A stretch of 64,000 nucleotides of DNA from Mobula hypostoma (lineage: Eukaryota), in NCBI RefSeq assembly GCF_963921235.1, contig NC_086109.1:6140001-6204000 (forward strand). The letters are read 5' to 3'. Both the position numbers and the translations under genes were made by a program. Shown here one piece after another: positions 51,796 to 64,000 of this stretch. Below the pieces are notes generated by a model that had not been told where the DNA came from, did not search any database, and saw nothing but the letters and a program-made list of their open reading frames with translations. Positions within the stretch are counted from its first letter, which is position 1, and each line of letters begins with the position of its first letter.

Positions 51796-52540
51796 AGTCC
51801 CTATAAAGGATTGCAAGAACTGTTGAGAGGATCATCCAGGTGTCTCTTTTACCCATTATAGATATTTATCAGGAGCTTTGCATAAGCAGGGCCATTAGCA
51901 TCGTCAACAATCCTTCCCATCCGTCCAACAATCTCTTTGACCCCTACAATCATGCAGAAGGTGCAGTAGCATTAGGACAAGAACTGTTGGGATGGGAAAC
52001 AGCTTCTCTCCCCAGGCCATCAGACTTCTGAACTCTCTGCCACCACATATGAATCTCTTCATATGATCTTATCAGGCATTATACTGCTCAAAGGACGACA
52101 ATTAGAGGAGAAAAGTATAAAAGCCTCAGCATTTCATGAACTCAATCTACAAGTTAACCTTTAGGGAATCTCACACTAGGACTCCCAAGTCCCTTTTCAC
52201 CTCTGATTTTTGAATTCTCTCCATTTATTAAATAGTCTTCTCCTTAATTCCTTCCAAAGTGCAAGACCATAGTCTTTCCCATGCTGTATTCCATCTGACA
52301 TATTCTTTGCCTATTCTCCTAACCTGTTCAAGTCTTTCTGCAGTCTGCCTGCTTCAACACTACCTGCAACACTGATCTTTGTATAATCTTAAAACATGAC
52401 CACAAAGCCATCAATTCCATCATCCATATCACTAACATATAACGTGAAAAGAAGCAGATCTCTGTGCAACACAAAGAACTGACCCCTTTATTCCAAGTCC
52501 TAAACATGCTGGTAACAGGTGGGAGCAACTATAGGCACGT

Positions 52541-53075
52541 TGAGGCCTCTAGTAGTCGGGGTCGGTTATGGATGTTGCATCTCAGCTGTTTACATGATAC
52601 GCAAGCTAGAGCAGAACGATATGGAGAGCAAACTGTTGCCCATACAGCAGGCTACCCCTCTCCACGCTGCTGATGACTCCCAAGGAACAGCAAAGACCGA
52701 TACAATTTGGCACTAGCGGTATCGGACACTGAGCTCCAGATTTCCCTCAATTTATTCCCGAAGCTGTCCCCATGAGTGGATACAGCCACAAGGCAGTGGA
52801 AGTTTGAGATCAGAAGTTTTCCTTCGCCGAATTGAGCAGCTAACCACGGCTGACAAGCCCCACCTGCCCAGAGTGAATGGTTTTATGGCCCCAGTAACCC
52901 ACCTTTGCCCCTTCTCCTATCAGTTGAAACGGTTCTGCCAAGCTCCGTAGCTAAGGCGCACGTGAAGGCCAGGAGCTGGACTTGGTTGTCAGAGGCTATT
53001 TGAGATGCACTCCTTTGGGAGCATTTAATAAGTAGTGGGAGCTTATTCCCCCCACCCCCACCAGTACCACCTTAA
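52541..53075 (-). mobile_element. About 550-bp repeat, second copy
   Basis: Reverse complement of 43495-44048; possible TSD AGGCACGT at 52533-52540 and 53085-53092. Confidence 0.6.
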
Positions 53076-53534
53076 GGAACCAACAGGCACGTGGAGAGCT
53101 CAATTCTGCTAAACTCGCCAAAGATTAGGGACATGATCAAAACAGGAAGTCTTAAGCAGAAAATCCAAGGGGATAATTTTTAAAGAGATAAAAATGAGGA
53201 AAATATAAGGTGGAATATAGCATTAGAAATATTAACGGAATAACTGCAACACCAATCTAAACAAAATTATAAATACTGGATTTTAAAATATTAAAAGGTT
53301 TCTAACAAAAACCTAACCATCAAAGCCAAGTTCTCAAGCACACCCTTAACCAATGCAGAAGTATTTCAGAAAAAATATATAGAAATATTAGGCAGTAGAA
53401 TTCTGACCAGATCTGGGGAACAAAACTGAAAACACAGCCTGGGAATAATATTCCCCGGCAGCCAGGTCACCAGCGTTGCCTAACTACAGAACTAGTGCTG
53501 GCATTAGTGGGTAGACATGCAATGTCCACCCTAA

Positions 53535-53578
<44 letters not shown>
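53535..53578. repeat. (TC)n(AC)n compound microsatellite
   Basis: Directly visible. Confidence 0.95.
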
Positions 53579-53799
53579 GGCAACTTCCCACAATCCAGAC
53601 ACAATCCCCCCCCAACACACCCACCACCCTCACTATACTCCACCCACACAAAACAATTTCCCCCAATCCCTCACCTACCCTCCCCTCGCCCCCTCCCCAT
53701 ACCCTCACTTACCCTTCCCTCACCTTCTCGCCCCCCAACTCCCTTATCGAACCTCCCTTTGCCCCCCTCCTCATCCGCCCTCTCACCCCTCATCCCCAC

Positions 53800-54160
53800 C
53801 ATCGCCCCATTCCCCCCCCCCACCCCATACCCGGGCCCGCCGCCTTCCTGCTCAACATCGTTGCCGGGGAGCGCTCCGCCGCCGCCCATCGCCCGCCCGG
53901 CAGCCACCGTCAACTCCCATCCGCTTCTCCCGGGCCCGGGGGGTGAAGATGGGGAGGGAGCCGAGGGACGGGTCCGGCTGGGCCGCGGAGTGCAGGGTCC
54001 GAGGTCGGGGACGGAGCGGTCCTTCCGTCCGTTACTCGCCGTCACGCCGCCTGGCTCGCCGCGCGCTCCCGCCACCACAGCCCAGGGGGAGCGCGCTCCG
54101 GAGCGCCCACCGCTCCCTGCCATCTGCCGGTGGGAGGCCTGTCATTGCAGGGAGGTGCCC
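53800..54160 (-). promoter_or_regulatory. CpG island / DYRK3 5' UTR and promoter
   Basis: Sharp rise in GC and CpG content against an AT-rich, CpG-poor background. Confidence 0.8.
53831..53858 (-). CDS. DYRK3: DYRK3 coding exon 1 (28 nt, MLSRKAAGP)
   Basis: ATG TTG AGC AGG AAG GCG GCG GGC CCG G|GTATGG inside a CpG island. It resembles the class-2 DYRK start (human DYRK2 MLTRKP), and phase 1 matches exon 2. Confidence 0.78.
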
Positions 54161-55649
54161 TGACCCTGCTACTTCATCATTTGGCTGATGTTGGTCCAAA
54201 CAAATATGTAGAAATAAAGTATTGTTCCTCCATCCTGAGCAACATTCCGTCAGGGTAGCCTCCAAGCTGATGACATGAGTACCGATTTTTTTCCTTCTGG
54301 GTAAAGAAAAATCTCCCTCCTCTTCTTCTATTCCCCAGTCAGGCTTCTTACCAGCCTATCTCCTGCCGCCGCTTTCTTCCTTGGTCCACTCACGTCTCCT
54401 AAAAGATTCCTTCCTCTCCAGCACTTTATCTTTCCAAGCCACCTATCACTTCTAGCTATCTTCCTTCCCCTCCCTCCACCTTTTTATTATGGTACCTCCC
54501 CACCCCCCTCCTTTCCCATCCTGAAGTAGTGCCTTGGCTTGAAACGTCGACTGTTTTTTTCATTTCAATGTATGCTGCCTGACCTGCTGAGTTCCTCCAG
54601 CATTTTGTGCATGCTGCTTTAGAAATATTTATATTTCTACAGTGCTTCCTCAACTACAAATGGTCCTAAAGTGCTTCACACTCAAGGAAGTGAGTGTGAA
54701 ATTTTAAAACATCTAATCCATCGTAGATATAAACACCTTCATAGGAAGTTGCTGAAGTATTGATCTTCGGCATCATTTCATAATAAAAACATGTTTGCCA
54801 AGCCTGTTTTGATTTTATAATACCAACAATATTCGGCATTGCATCTTAAATACAAGGCCCAGTCTAGACTTGATGACGTAAAACACCCAGGTAAACTTGT
54901 CACTCAATTCAGTCTGCAAGGGTAGCCTCAGCTTCCAGATGCAAGCAGGTTAATTCTCTTCAAAGTTGCTGGTGAACGCAGCAGGCCAGGCAGCATCTCT
55001 AGGAAGAGGTACAGTCGACGTTTTGGGCCAAGACCCTTTGTCAGGTCCCTTCAGCATCTGCAGAATTCCTTGTGTTTACGATGTCAATTCTCTGTTCCCC
55101 ACCCATTCAGATCTCTGCCTCCTTGGCCTCTTATACAATCTCATCTTCTCTTTCGCATGTTGCAGTCCACTTCACAACTTTTGCTAGTCATACAAGTAAT
55201 ACTTACCTCTGCTCAGCATGTAAATCATGTAAAAGAACAATGACATTTTTGCATATTTACCTTTCCTTCTTTAAATAATATTAGCTACATTCTTGGATCT
55301 TTAACAGTAAAATGCAATGTTAATTAAACAAAAAAATTAAACAATGAAAGAAATATACTTTAAAAGAGAAAACTTAAAAACAAGCGACTCAGCAGATGCT
55401 GGAAATGTAGAGTAGCACACACAAAATGCTGGAGGAACTCAGCAGGTCAGGCAGCTTCTATGGAAAAGAGTCGTTTCGGACTTTTTGTGTGTGCTACTCA
55501 ATACAAAGAGGTCCCTCTGCAATATAACACCATTAAGCCAACATGCTTTAAAACAATTATGCCAGGGAAATGGACAGTTTCACATTAAACCCTACTTCTC
55601 AATTTTAACCTCCTAATCTCTTAACCATTTTGTATTCAAGGCTCTCCCT

Positions 55650-56150
55650 ACGATCTGTCCGCAAATCTATCCCCGATGGCCTGGGTAGGAACGTTTGGAC
55701 GATTGCACACTGGTCGATGTTGCACCCGGAATCCTGAGGATGGGACCCGAAATGGCGGGGCACAGGGTCGGCGTGTGAACTGGGAGGATTAATTAAAACC
55801 CGGTTTTTTAGCGGACAGTATCAAGGAGCGGAGAACACACCGAGAGACGATGTTCGCTAAGAGTTTTCGTGTCAAGTCCAACAGCGCGATCAAGGGCTCG
55901 GACAGGTGAGCTCATGGTGTTGTGGCCCGTCGACTCGGTGGAGGCGCCGCTGTCGCCCACCCGTCCCTCCCGCCCTGGCGGAACCCACAGCCCGCCGCCG
56001 CCGTCAGAATGCCGCATTCAGGCGTCAGCGCGGGTCCGGGGCGGCCGGCGGCCCTCTCTCCCGCTTCACTCTGCCTCCGGGACCCGGCGGTTTCACAGAG
56101 GTGAATAATTGCTCATCGGTTGCAGCCTGACCCGCAAGTGTGTGTTTAAC
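55650..56150 (+). promoter_or_regulatory. CpG island / EIF2D promoter and exon 1
   Basis: CpG-rich segment around the EIF2D ATG; includes a YY1-like AAATGGCGG at about 55750. Confidence 0.7.
55850..55905 (+). CDS. EIF2D: Eukaryotic translation initiation factor 2D, first coding exon (partial gene)
   Basis: Encodes MFAKSFRVKSNSAIKGSD(R), matching the human eIF2D N-terminus MFAKAFRVKSNTAIKGSDR, followed by donor AG|GTGAG. Not in the ORF track. Confidence 0.92.
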
Positions 56151-56559
56151 GTTCTCTCGTTAAATTCTGCCGCTGGAAGGTTGAATGACACTCGTGGATC
56201 AGGCTATAACTGGAGAGAAACTGCAGATGTTTCAGGTGTAAGGGTCTTGAACCGTTAAGGAGAGGAACCGGATTCACCATATGACCAAGTGTGAGGCAGA
56301 GAATGAGAGATTATTGATTAGAGGAGAATGGAGTCGGGGAAAAAAAAATCAACCACGATTGAATAGCATTCCTTCAGTGCTAATAAAACGCTTTAAAATC
56401 TGGGCCTCTACCTCCCCAGCTGAATCCACGACTTCCTCATCTGAAGACTGGTCAATGTGGATCCGTTGCTCCTGGAGGACTGGAGGATCGTTGTTTCGTT
56501 TTTACTGTGTACTGTACCAGCAGTTATGATTGAAATGACAATAAAAGCGACTTGACTAT

Positions 56560-57340
56560 CAACCTCAAAGATGCATCCTTAGTCCACTGTTCCACTCTCT
56601 CTGTACTCTTGACTGCATGGTTAACCGAAGCTACCATGCCATCTTTAAATTTACCAATGTAACTGCTGTTATCAGAATCTCAGGTGGTGATAAGGAGGTG
56701 TACAGGGGCTATTTTGCTGTTGGTTGGCTAAAAAAGAAACACACACACTCAACATCAGTAAGACCAAGGAATTGATTATGGACTTAAGGAAGGGGAAGTT
56801 GGAAGAATATACGCCAGTCCATATTGAGATGGAAAGGATGAGCAGCTTCAAGTTTTTGGGTGTCAACATCTCAGGGGAATTATCATGGTCAATTGCATCC
56901 ATGCAATCACAAAGAAGGCACACCAGTGCCTTGACTTCATTAGGAGTTTGAGGAGAGTTGTTATACCAAAGACCTTTCTTTCTTTTTGGCAAATCGCCGC
57001 CTGTTATCGGAGTCTCCAATGTGCAGGATCACAAAAGGCTGCAGAAGATTGTAGACTCAGCCAGCTCCATCACTGGCACAACCCTCCCCCCACCATCAAA
57101 GATATCTTCAAGAGGCTCTCCCTCAAAATGATGGCATCCATCATTTAAGGATCCTCAGCATCCCTCTTCTCATCACTGCCATTGAGAAGAAGGTACAAGA
57201 ACATGAAATCCCACACTCAATGATCGATCCAGGAACAGCTCCTTCTCTGCCAGATTTCTAAACAGTCCATGATCACCATCTCATTATTCATTTTCTCGCT
57301 ATTTTTTGAAATTTGTATATATTTATATATTTGCTGCAAA
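56560..57340 (+). mobile_element. Rex1-like LINE fragment
   Basis: LNISKTKELIMDLRK...FKFLGVNIS motif. Confidence 0.75.
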
Positions 57341-57738
57341 TTTCATGTCTTGTCATGCTGCCTGCCCCACTGAGTTCCTCCAGCTGTCTGGTTGTTACTC
57401 CAGATTCCAGTATTTGTAGTCTTGTGTGTCGTCTCCTTTTCTGCCTGATCCCTTAAACCCTTGATGCCCAAATATTGGTACTCTTTTTAAAATCTGTGTC
57501 TCAGCTACTTTGGCTAGAACACTCCAAAAAGTACATGACCTGAAAGAAGAAATTCTTCATTTGTCTTAAATAGGTAGTCCCTTATTCTAAACTGTTCATT
57601 AACTCTAAACCACCCACCCCCACCGACCCCCACAGGGAGAAATGTCACGGTAACCTTTAAAAAAAACAAATAAACCTCTGGAATGACACACATAAAATAG
57701 TGGAGGAACTCAACATCTAAGGAGGAAAATAAACAGAT

Positions 57739-59194
57739 AGCAATAAACATCAAAGTTGCTGATGAACGCAGCAGGCCAGGCAGCATCTCTAGGAAGAGGT
57801 ACAGTCGATGTTTCGGGCTGAGACCCTTCATCAGGACGACCTGAAAGAAGAGATGGTAAAAGATTTGAAAGTGCGAGGGGGAGTGGGAGATCCAAAATGA
57901 TAGGAGAAGACAGGAGGGGGAAGGGATGGAGCCAAGAGCTGGACAGTTGATTGGCAAAAGGGATATGAGAGGGTCATGGGACAGATGGGAGGCCTAGGAA
58001 GAAAGAAAGGGGGAGGGGGGAAGCCCAGAGGATGGGCAAGGAGTATAGTGAGAGGGACAGAGGGAGAAAAAGGAGAGAGAGAGAGAAAAAATTAATAATA
58101 ATAAAAGATAAATAAATAACGAGTACGAGGGGGAGGTGGGGTATTAACAGAAGTTAGAGAAGTCAATGTTCATGCCATCAGGTTGGAGGCTACCCAGACG
58201 GAATATAAGGTGTTGTTCCTCCAACCTGAGTGTGGCTTCATCTTGACAGTAGAAGAGGCCGTGGATAGATATATCAGAATGGGACGTGGAATTCCCTTGT
58301 CCATTCATTACCCCCCCCCATCCCTTCCCACCGATCTCCCTCCCGACACTTATCCTTGTAAGCAGAACAAGTGCTACACCTGCCCTTACACTTCCTCCCT
58401 TACCATCATTCAGGGCCCCCGACAGTCCTTCCAGGTGAGGCGACACTTCACCTGTGAGTCGGCTGGGGTGATATACTGCATCCGGTGCTCCCGATGTGGC
58501 CTTCTATATATTGGTGAGACCCGACACAGGCTGAGAGACCGTTTCGCTGAACACCTACGCTCTGTCCGTCAAAGAAAGCAGGATCTCCCAGTGGCCACAC
58601 ATTTTGATTCCGCGTCCCATTCCCATTCTGATATGTCTATCCACGGCCTCCTCTACTGTCAAGATGAAGCCACACTCAGGTTGGAAGAACAACACCTTAT
58701 ATTCCGTCTGGGTAGCCTCCAACCTGATAGTATGAACATTGACTTCTCTAACTTCTGTTAATGCCCCAACTCCCCTTCGTACCCCATCTGTTATTTATTT
58801 GTCTTATTATTATTAATTTTTTCTCTCTCTCTCTCCTTTTTCTCCCTCTGTCCCTCTCACTATACTCCTTGCCCATCCTCTGGGCTTCCCCCTCCCCCCT
58901 TCTTTCTCCCTAGGCCTCCCGTCCCATTATCCTCTCATATCACTTTTGCCAATCAACTTTCCAGTTCTTAGCTCCATCCCTCCTGTCTTCTCCTATCATT
59001 TCGGATCTTCCCCCTCCCCCTCCCACTTTCAAATCTTTTACTATCTCTTCTTTCAGTTAGTCCTGACGAAGGGTCTCAGCCTGAAACGTTGACCGTACCT
59101 CTTCCTATAGATGCTGCCTGGCCTGCTGCGTTCACCAGCAATTTTTATGTGTGTTGCTTGAAATTTCAGCATCTGCAGATTTCCTCGTGTTTGC
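57739..59194 (+). mobile_element. Penelope-like element: truncated GIY-YIG ORF with an inverted upstream pseudo-LTR
   Basis: ORF contains VIYCIRCSRCGLLYIGET...RFAEH. 57739-58291 is an inverted copy of about 58608-59150. 13-bp TSD AAAATAAACAGAT at 57726-57738 and 59195-59207. Confidence 0.92.
59059..59094 (+). ncRNA. Minimal type-I hammerhead ribozyme motif in the Penelope pLTR
   Basis: agtc-CTGACGA-agggtctcagcct-GAAAC-GTT-gacc; the inverted counterpart is at 57803-57837. Confidence 0.7.
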
Positions 59195-59399
59195 AAAATA
59201 AACAGATGATGTTTTGGGCTGAGAGTCTTCATCGGGACTGGAAAGGGAGGGGACTGAAGCCAGACTAAGAGGGTGGGGGTGGAAGAACACTTGGTGTGGG
59301 TTGAGGGCAGAGGGAGTACAAGCTTTATGTATTTTAAAAAATTATTCTTAATAAAATGTATAAAAAGTAAATTTGGTGCAATTCTCATTTTTAAAAATT

Positions 59400-59655
59400 T
59401 GTTTATTAGAGATACAGCGCGGAATAGGCCCTCCCAGTCCAATGAGCCACACTGGCCAGCAGCCCACTTATTTAACCCTAGCGTAATCACAGGACTATTT
59501 ACAATAACCAATTTACCTACTAACTGGTGCTTCTTTGGAATGGGGAAGTAACGTATGCAGTCACTTGGAGAACGTACCCACAGAGGACACTGAATTGAAC
59601 TCCAAGCTCCGATCCCTTGAGTTGTAATAGCGCTGTGCTAACCACCATGCTTCCA
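59400..59655 (-). mobile_element. V-domain SINE
   Basis: Same family as 9375-9665. Confidence 0.6.
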
Positions 59656-60099
59656 TAGTGCCCCTTTATATTCTTTGTGCCATTTGGTCAATATGTATAG
59701 TAGTGTTTGCACATTTGTTTTGGTACATAGCACTATTGCCATATGTGGCCCTTTTGAGATGATGGCCCTTTTGAGATGATGCACCTTCTGTTGTTTGTGG
59801 GGCTTTCCTATTGGACTCAGCCCCTCGCAGGAGCTGAGGGACCCTGGACTCTGGTCCTTTCCCCAAAGCCTTTGCATTGGCTGCACCAATCTTCAGTGCA
59901 CCCCTCAGCATGGACCCCTGCAACCTGGAACGTGACAGTCGGCAGCATTCTCATACAGGCATTCCTCTATGCTGAAAGACCAAGTTAGGCAGACCAAAGT
60001 GTGCCTTTCACCAAGTGGGGGGTTGGGGGGAAATTAAATTGTCTGTTTCAGGCTGCAGCCTTGTGTCAGAATTGTTTGGGGAGGGAAGATAGCAGATAT

Positions 60100-60745
60100 A
60101 ATAATAACTTATTTATAGATCACTTTTCATACAGGTGATGTAGTTCAAAGTGCTTTCCAATGGGATAACATGTAAACATGAAAATAAAAGACAAGAAGAT
60201 GTTAGTTAAAAGCAAGGTTTAATAAATAGGTTTTGAGCTGGTGTTTAAGTGTCAACTGAGCCTGCATCCCTTATAGTTTTAGGTATTAAATTCCACAGTT
60301 TAGGAGCATAGTTTGAAAAAAGCTAACCTGCCAATTATCTTTTGAGGGAGATTGTTTAAAATTAAAGAGTGTTGGAAGAAGACCTGAGAGCTTGAGCAGG
60401 ATTATAAAACAAAAGCTATTCTGTGATGTACTCCGGGCCAAGGTCATTAAGAGCTTTGGAAAAACAAGTAAGAGAACTTCAAAATCAACACTAAAAGATA
60501 CAGGAAGCCAATACGGAGTAGTTAGGATGGGTGTGATATGTTCCGTCATTCTGATTTTGGTTAAAAGTCTGAATAATTTTGTTCTGAATGAGATGAAGTT
60601 TGTCAATAGATTACTTTGGAAGGCCAGTAAAAAGTGCATTGCAGTAATCTAGTCTTTGATATATTGGTATGAATGAGTTTTTCAGCATCATTGCATGACA
60701 AAAGCAGGCGTACCTTTACAATTTTTTAAAATGAAATGCTGCTGT
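60100..60745 (-). mobile_element. L2 LINE 3' fragment
   Basis: Minus ORF contains EHITPILTTPYWLPVSFSVDFEVLLLVF, the L2 HITP-L--LHWLP motif. Confidence 0.8.
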
Positions 60746-62517
60746 GCTATAAGGAGAGGGGGACAGTTGAAATTCGGGGTGAGGGATCGGAGGGTGTTTG
60801 TGGAGACAGCTGCTGGAGAGTAATAAGCAGGGCACCAAGGCTGCCAGTGCTGGAATCTGATAAATAAGGAAAGTGGTAATGGGAGCCATTTGGAGAGAAG
60901 GGAAACAGATGTTGAGGGGATCTAGTGTAATGGAAGGTGGATTGAACTAGATGCCGAATTGAAGTGGTGGGGGGGAGGTGTGCTGGAGGGTGGTATGTGA
61001 AAGGAAACAAAAGAAAATGGAAGGAGAGATGGGGGAACGTGGGAGGTAATGGTTACCAGAAACTGGAAAATCCAGCGTTCATACCATTGGACTGAAGACT
61101 ATCAAGTGAAATAATGACATGCTGTTCCGTGAGACCAGTGTGCAAAATGCCGAAGGTACTCAGCAGATCAGACAGCGTCTATGGAGGGAATAAACAGTCG
61201 ACATTTTGGACAAGACCCCGTCTGCACTGGGCCTTGGCCTTGTATAGGAAAGACCAAGGATGGCATGCCAGTGTGGGCATGGATAGGTGATTTGAAATGG
61301 CACGGAACTGGGAGCTAGAATGATCATTCTGGACAAAGGGCAGCTGCTCTGCAAACCATTCACATAATCTCTGCTTTGTTTTGATGACATAAGGAGCACC
61401 AATACAGTGGGTGGAAGAAAGGCCATTTAGATCCCTTCTCCCTGTCTACATTATCAACACCTCCTGCCTTACTCCATCTTCAAATAACTGAAGTGATTTC
61501 CTTTTCATGAAACCACATTGCCTCTAATTATGTAATGGTCCACTTCTATTTCCATTGGATTCTAGGACTTCCTCAGTGACAGACGTTTGGCCAAGCAACT
61601 GAGGCTTTCCCGGTGTAACATTTCTAGTTTTCCCATCTGGGTCCTTCCCAGAATTTAGGGAATTTTGTCAAATTATATCCAATTAATCTGACATTAATTC
61701 CATTTTTTTTTGCTCCCAAGTATCCTAGGATAATAAACCATGAAACCTCGGAAATTGTAAGCCTTTAGCCCGGTAAGTTTGCCAGTACCATTCTTTGATG
61801 GTGCTTGCATCTTCTTCCCTTTCTTTTGGGCCCAGATTCTGTAGGATTACTGGAGCACGAAGTCCAACACTCAACGATTCAGGACCAGTTTTTTTTCCCC
61901 CTATTGCTGTCAGATTTCTGAATTGTCCATGAGCAGTACTTCTTTGTTTGTAATTTATAATGATTTTGTCTTTGCATTGCACTACTGCCAAAAGACAAAT
62001 CGTACAAGTCAGTGATAGTAAACCTGATTGTGACAAATATATAATACTTGTGTAAGCCCTCGGCTGTTTCTTTATTTCCATTGGTTCTTAGTTGAAACTA
62101 ATAAAACCAAACCTAATGCAAATCACACAGTGAGGCAGGCAGTATATGTGGAGAGTAAAACAGTTCCATTTTCCTTAAAACATAAAGGCCCTAATTCAGC
62201 CAATCAAGTCCACGCTGCTTCACAGATCAATCACATCTCCTGCTAATTTCCCCCATACTCTGTTCGTCACACACTATCATCAACTACCTGCAGATTGCTC
62301 TGCCTAATCCTTTACTGCAATCAATTAACTTGGCAACCGGCACATTGGTTGTTGTTGGAGGTCAGGATCTGAACTACTCTTTATGAGGCATAGGAGCAGA
62401 ATTAGGCCGTTTGGCCCATTAAGCCTGATTTATTATACTTCTCAACCCCATTCTCCTGCATTTTCCCAGTAATCTTTGTTACTTGCGCTAATCAAGAACC
62501 TAATGGAGGAGGAGGAG

Positions 62518-63185
62518 AAGATGGTGGCGCGAAGCAGCGCGCAGCGGCTACTCTAGTGAATGACATCTATAATCTGTCAAGTAGGGTGCCATGCACAATC
62601 CTGATTTGATGGAGACGGACGTGAGAGTACGGAGGAACATCTGGAGAAACTTCTGAAATGCCTTTTTCGCTGCCGCTGCTACTGTGTGATGCAGAATCCC
62701 CGGAGGAGAAGGCCCCGAGTCCTCGGCTTTGCTTGTTTCTTGGTGGCCGGGGCGGGGTCGAAGTGCTCGGCAGAGATGGTGCTCTGTGTCGTAGGGCTGA
62801 TCGGAGGCTCGAAGTTTTCGGACGGATTCAGAGTCGGCTGTGGTCGGGTGCTTCTAATGCATCGGCAGTTGTTGGCGCCCGGAGGTTTATGGCAGGGAGA
62901 GTTTCTCCCTTTTGCCGCCTGCTACTGTATCGGGACTATCAGGAGTCGATCGGAACTTTGAGACTATTTTTTACCTTGCCCATGGTCTGCTCTTTATCAA
63001 ATTATGGTATTGCTTTGCACTGCTGTAGCTATATGTTATAATTATGTGGTCTTGTCAGTGTTAGTCTTTGGTTTGTCCTTTTTTTTGTGATATCACTCTG
63101 GAGGAACATTGTATCATTTCTTAATGCATGCATTTCTAAATGACAATAAACGAGGACTGAGTGTCCTCATAATCTAATCTAATCA
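62518..63185 (+). mobile_element. Non-autonomous (CTAAT)n-tailed retroposon, second copy
   Basis: Colinear with 12431-13050. Confidence 0.75.
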
Positions 63186-64000
63186 ACCTCTTTGCGGGGC
63201 CCAACACTGCTCACAAAACTCCTAATTCTGATCTGACCAATGTCTTATAAAACCTCAGCATTGCATCCTTAATTTTTATATCCCAGTCCTCTTGAAACAA
63301 ATATTAACATTCTTTCGTTACTACCAACGCAACCTTTAGGGAAACCCGCACACAGATTCTCAAGTCCTTCTTCACCTTCAATTTCTGAATTTGGTCCTCA
63401 GTTAGAAAACAGTCCACACCCTTATTTCTTCTACTAAATGCATGACCATATAGTTCCCTACCCTATGTTCCATTTGCCGCTTCTTTGCCAATTCTATGAA
63501 TCTGTTGAAGTCCTTCTGCAATTCCCTGCTTCCTTGACACTGGTTACACCCTTCCACCATCTTTGTATCATTCATGACCTTGGCCACAAAGCCATCGATT
63601 CTGACATCCAGATTATAATTTATATTTGCATTATATTTTACTTTCACAACCTTACCGTACACTTGTCAAACATCATCTTCCACAGATGCTCACTGATCCA
63701 CTTTGGTATTTCTGGCATCTGCTGTCTTTTAGTTTGAGGCATAGTCTATTCAGCTGGGGTTAAGGTAGATGTAGACGTCAAATTCAATGAGTAAGTAAAT
63801 TTGAAACAAAGGAGCGAGTCAGCAATGGTACCCAGGAGACTACAGGTGCAACAAGGCCTGTGGGTGACTCCTTTTGCAGAAGGAACTCTGCCTTGGTGCA
63901 GACTGATACCAGTCACACACAACAACTTTTAGCTTTAGTTGTCATATGTACATCAAAACATGCAGTGAAATGCGTCATTTTGAGTCAATGACTAGTGCAG

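Noticed and set aside
53495..54188. 222-aa and 150-aa Pro/Gly-rich ORFs
   Set aside because: By-products of the GC-rich island and microsatellite; the plausible coding part is the 28-nt exon.
55869..56130. Short ORFs over the EIF2D island
   Set aside because: They run through the GT donor at 55906 into GC-rich intron sequence; the recognisable eIF2D frame starts at 55850.
55906..64000. EIF2D exon 2
   Set aside because: No RKLRAD-like segment was found by eye; it probably lies beyond the window.

Overview
Repeat-rich vertebrate genomic DNA, most likely from a cartilaginous fish such as a ray (inferred from the repeat content: V-domain SINEs, abundant CR1, and Penelope, Rex1, L2, RTE and L1/Tx1 relics). 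Two host genes lie head-to-head. A class-2 DYRK kinase, best called DYRK3, is on the minus strand as three coding exons (53858-53831, 42078-41963, 38047-36479; 570 aa), and the first coding exon of EIF2D is on the plus strand (55850-55905). The most unusual element is a young Gmr1-type gypsy LTR retrotransposon (17181-22019) with apparently identical 837-bp LTRs, a GATA target-site duplication (TSD), a tRNA-Pro PBS and a PPT. Its single uninterrupted 964-aa ORF keeps Gag and protease motifs intact, while integrase, RT and RNase H are reduced to short in-frame vestiges with no catalytic motifs. A related solo LTR lies about 6 kb away. Several Penelope-derived segments carry minimal hammerhead-ribozyme cores, and several nested insertions have readable TSDs. 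All calls were made by eye with no alignments or database searches, and boundaries of old repeats are approximate.
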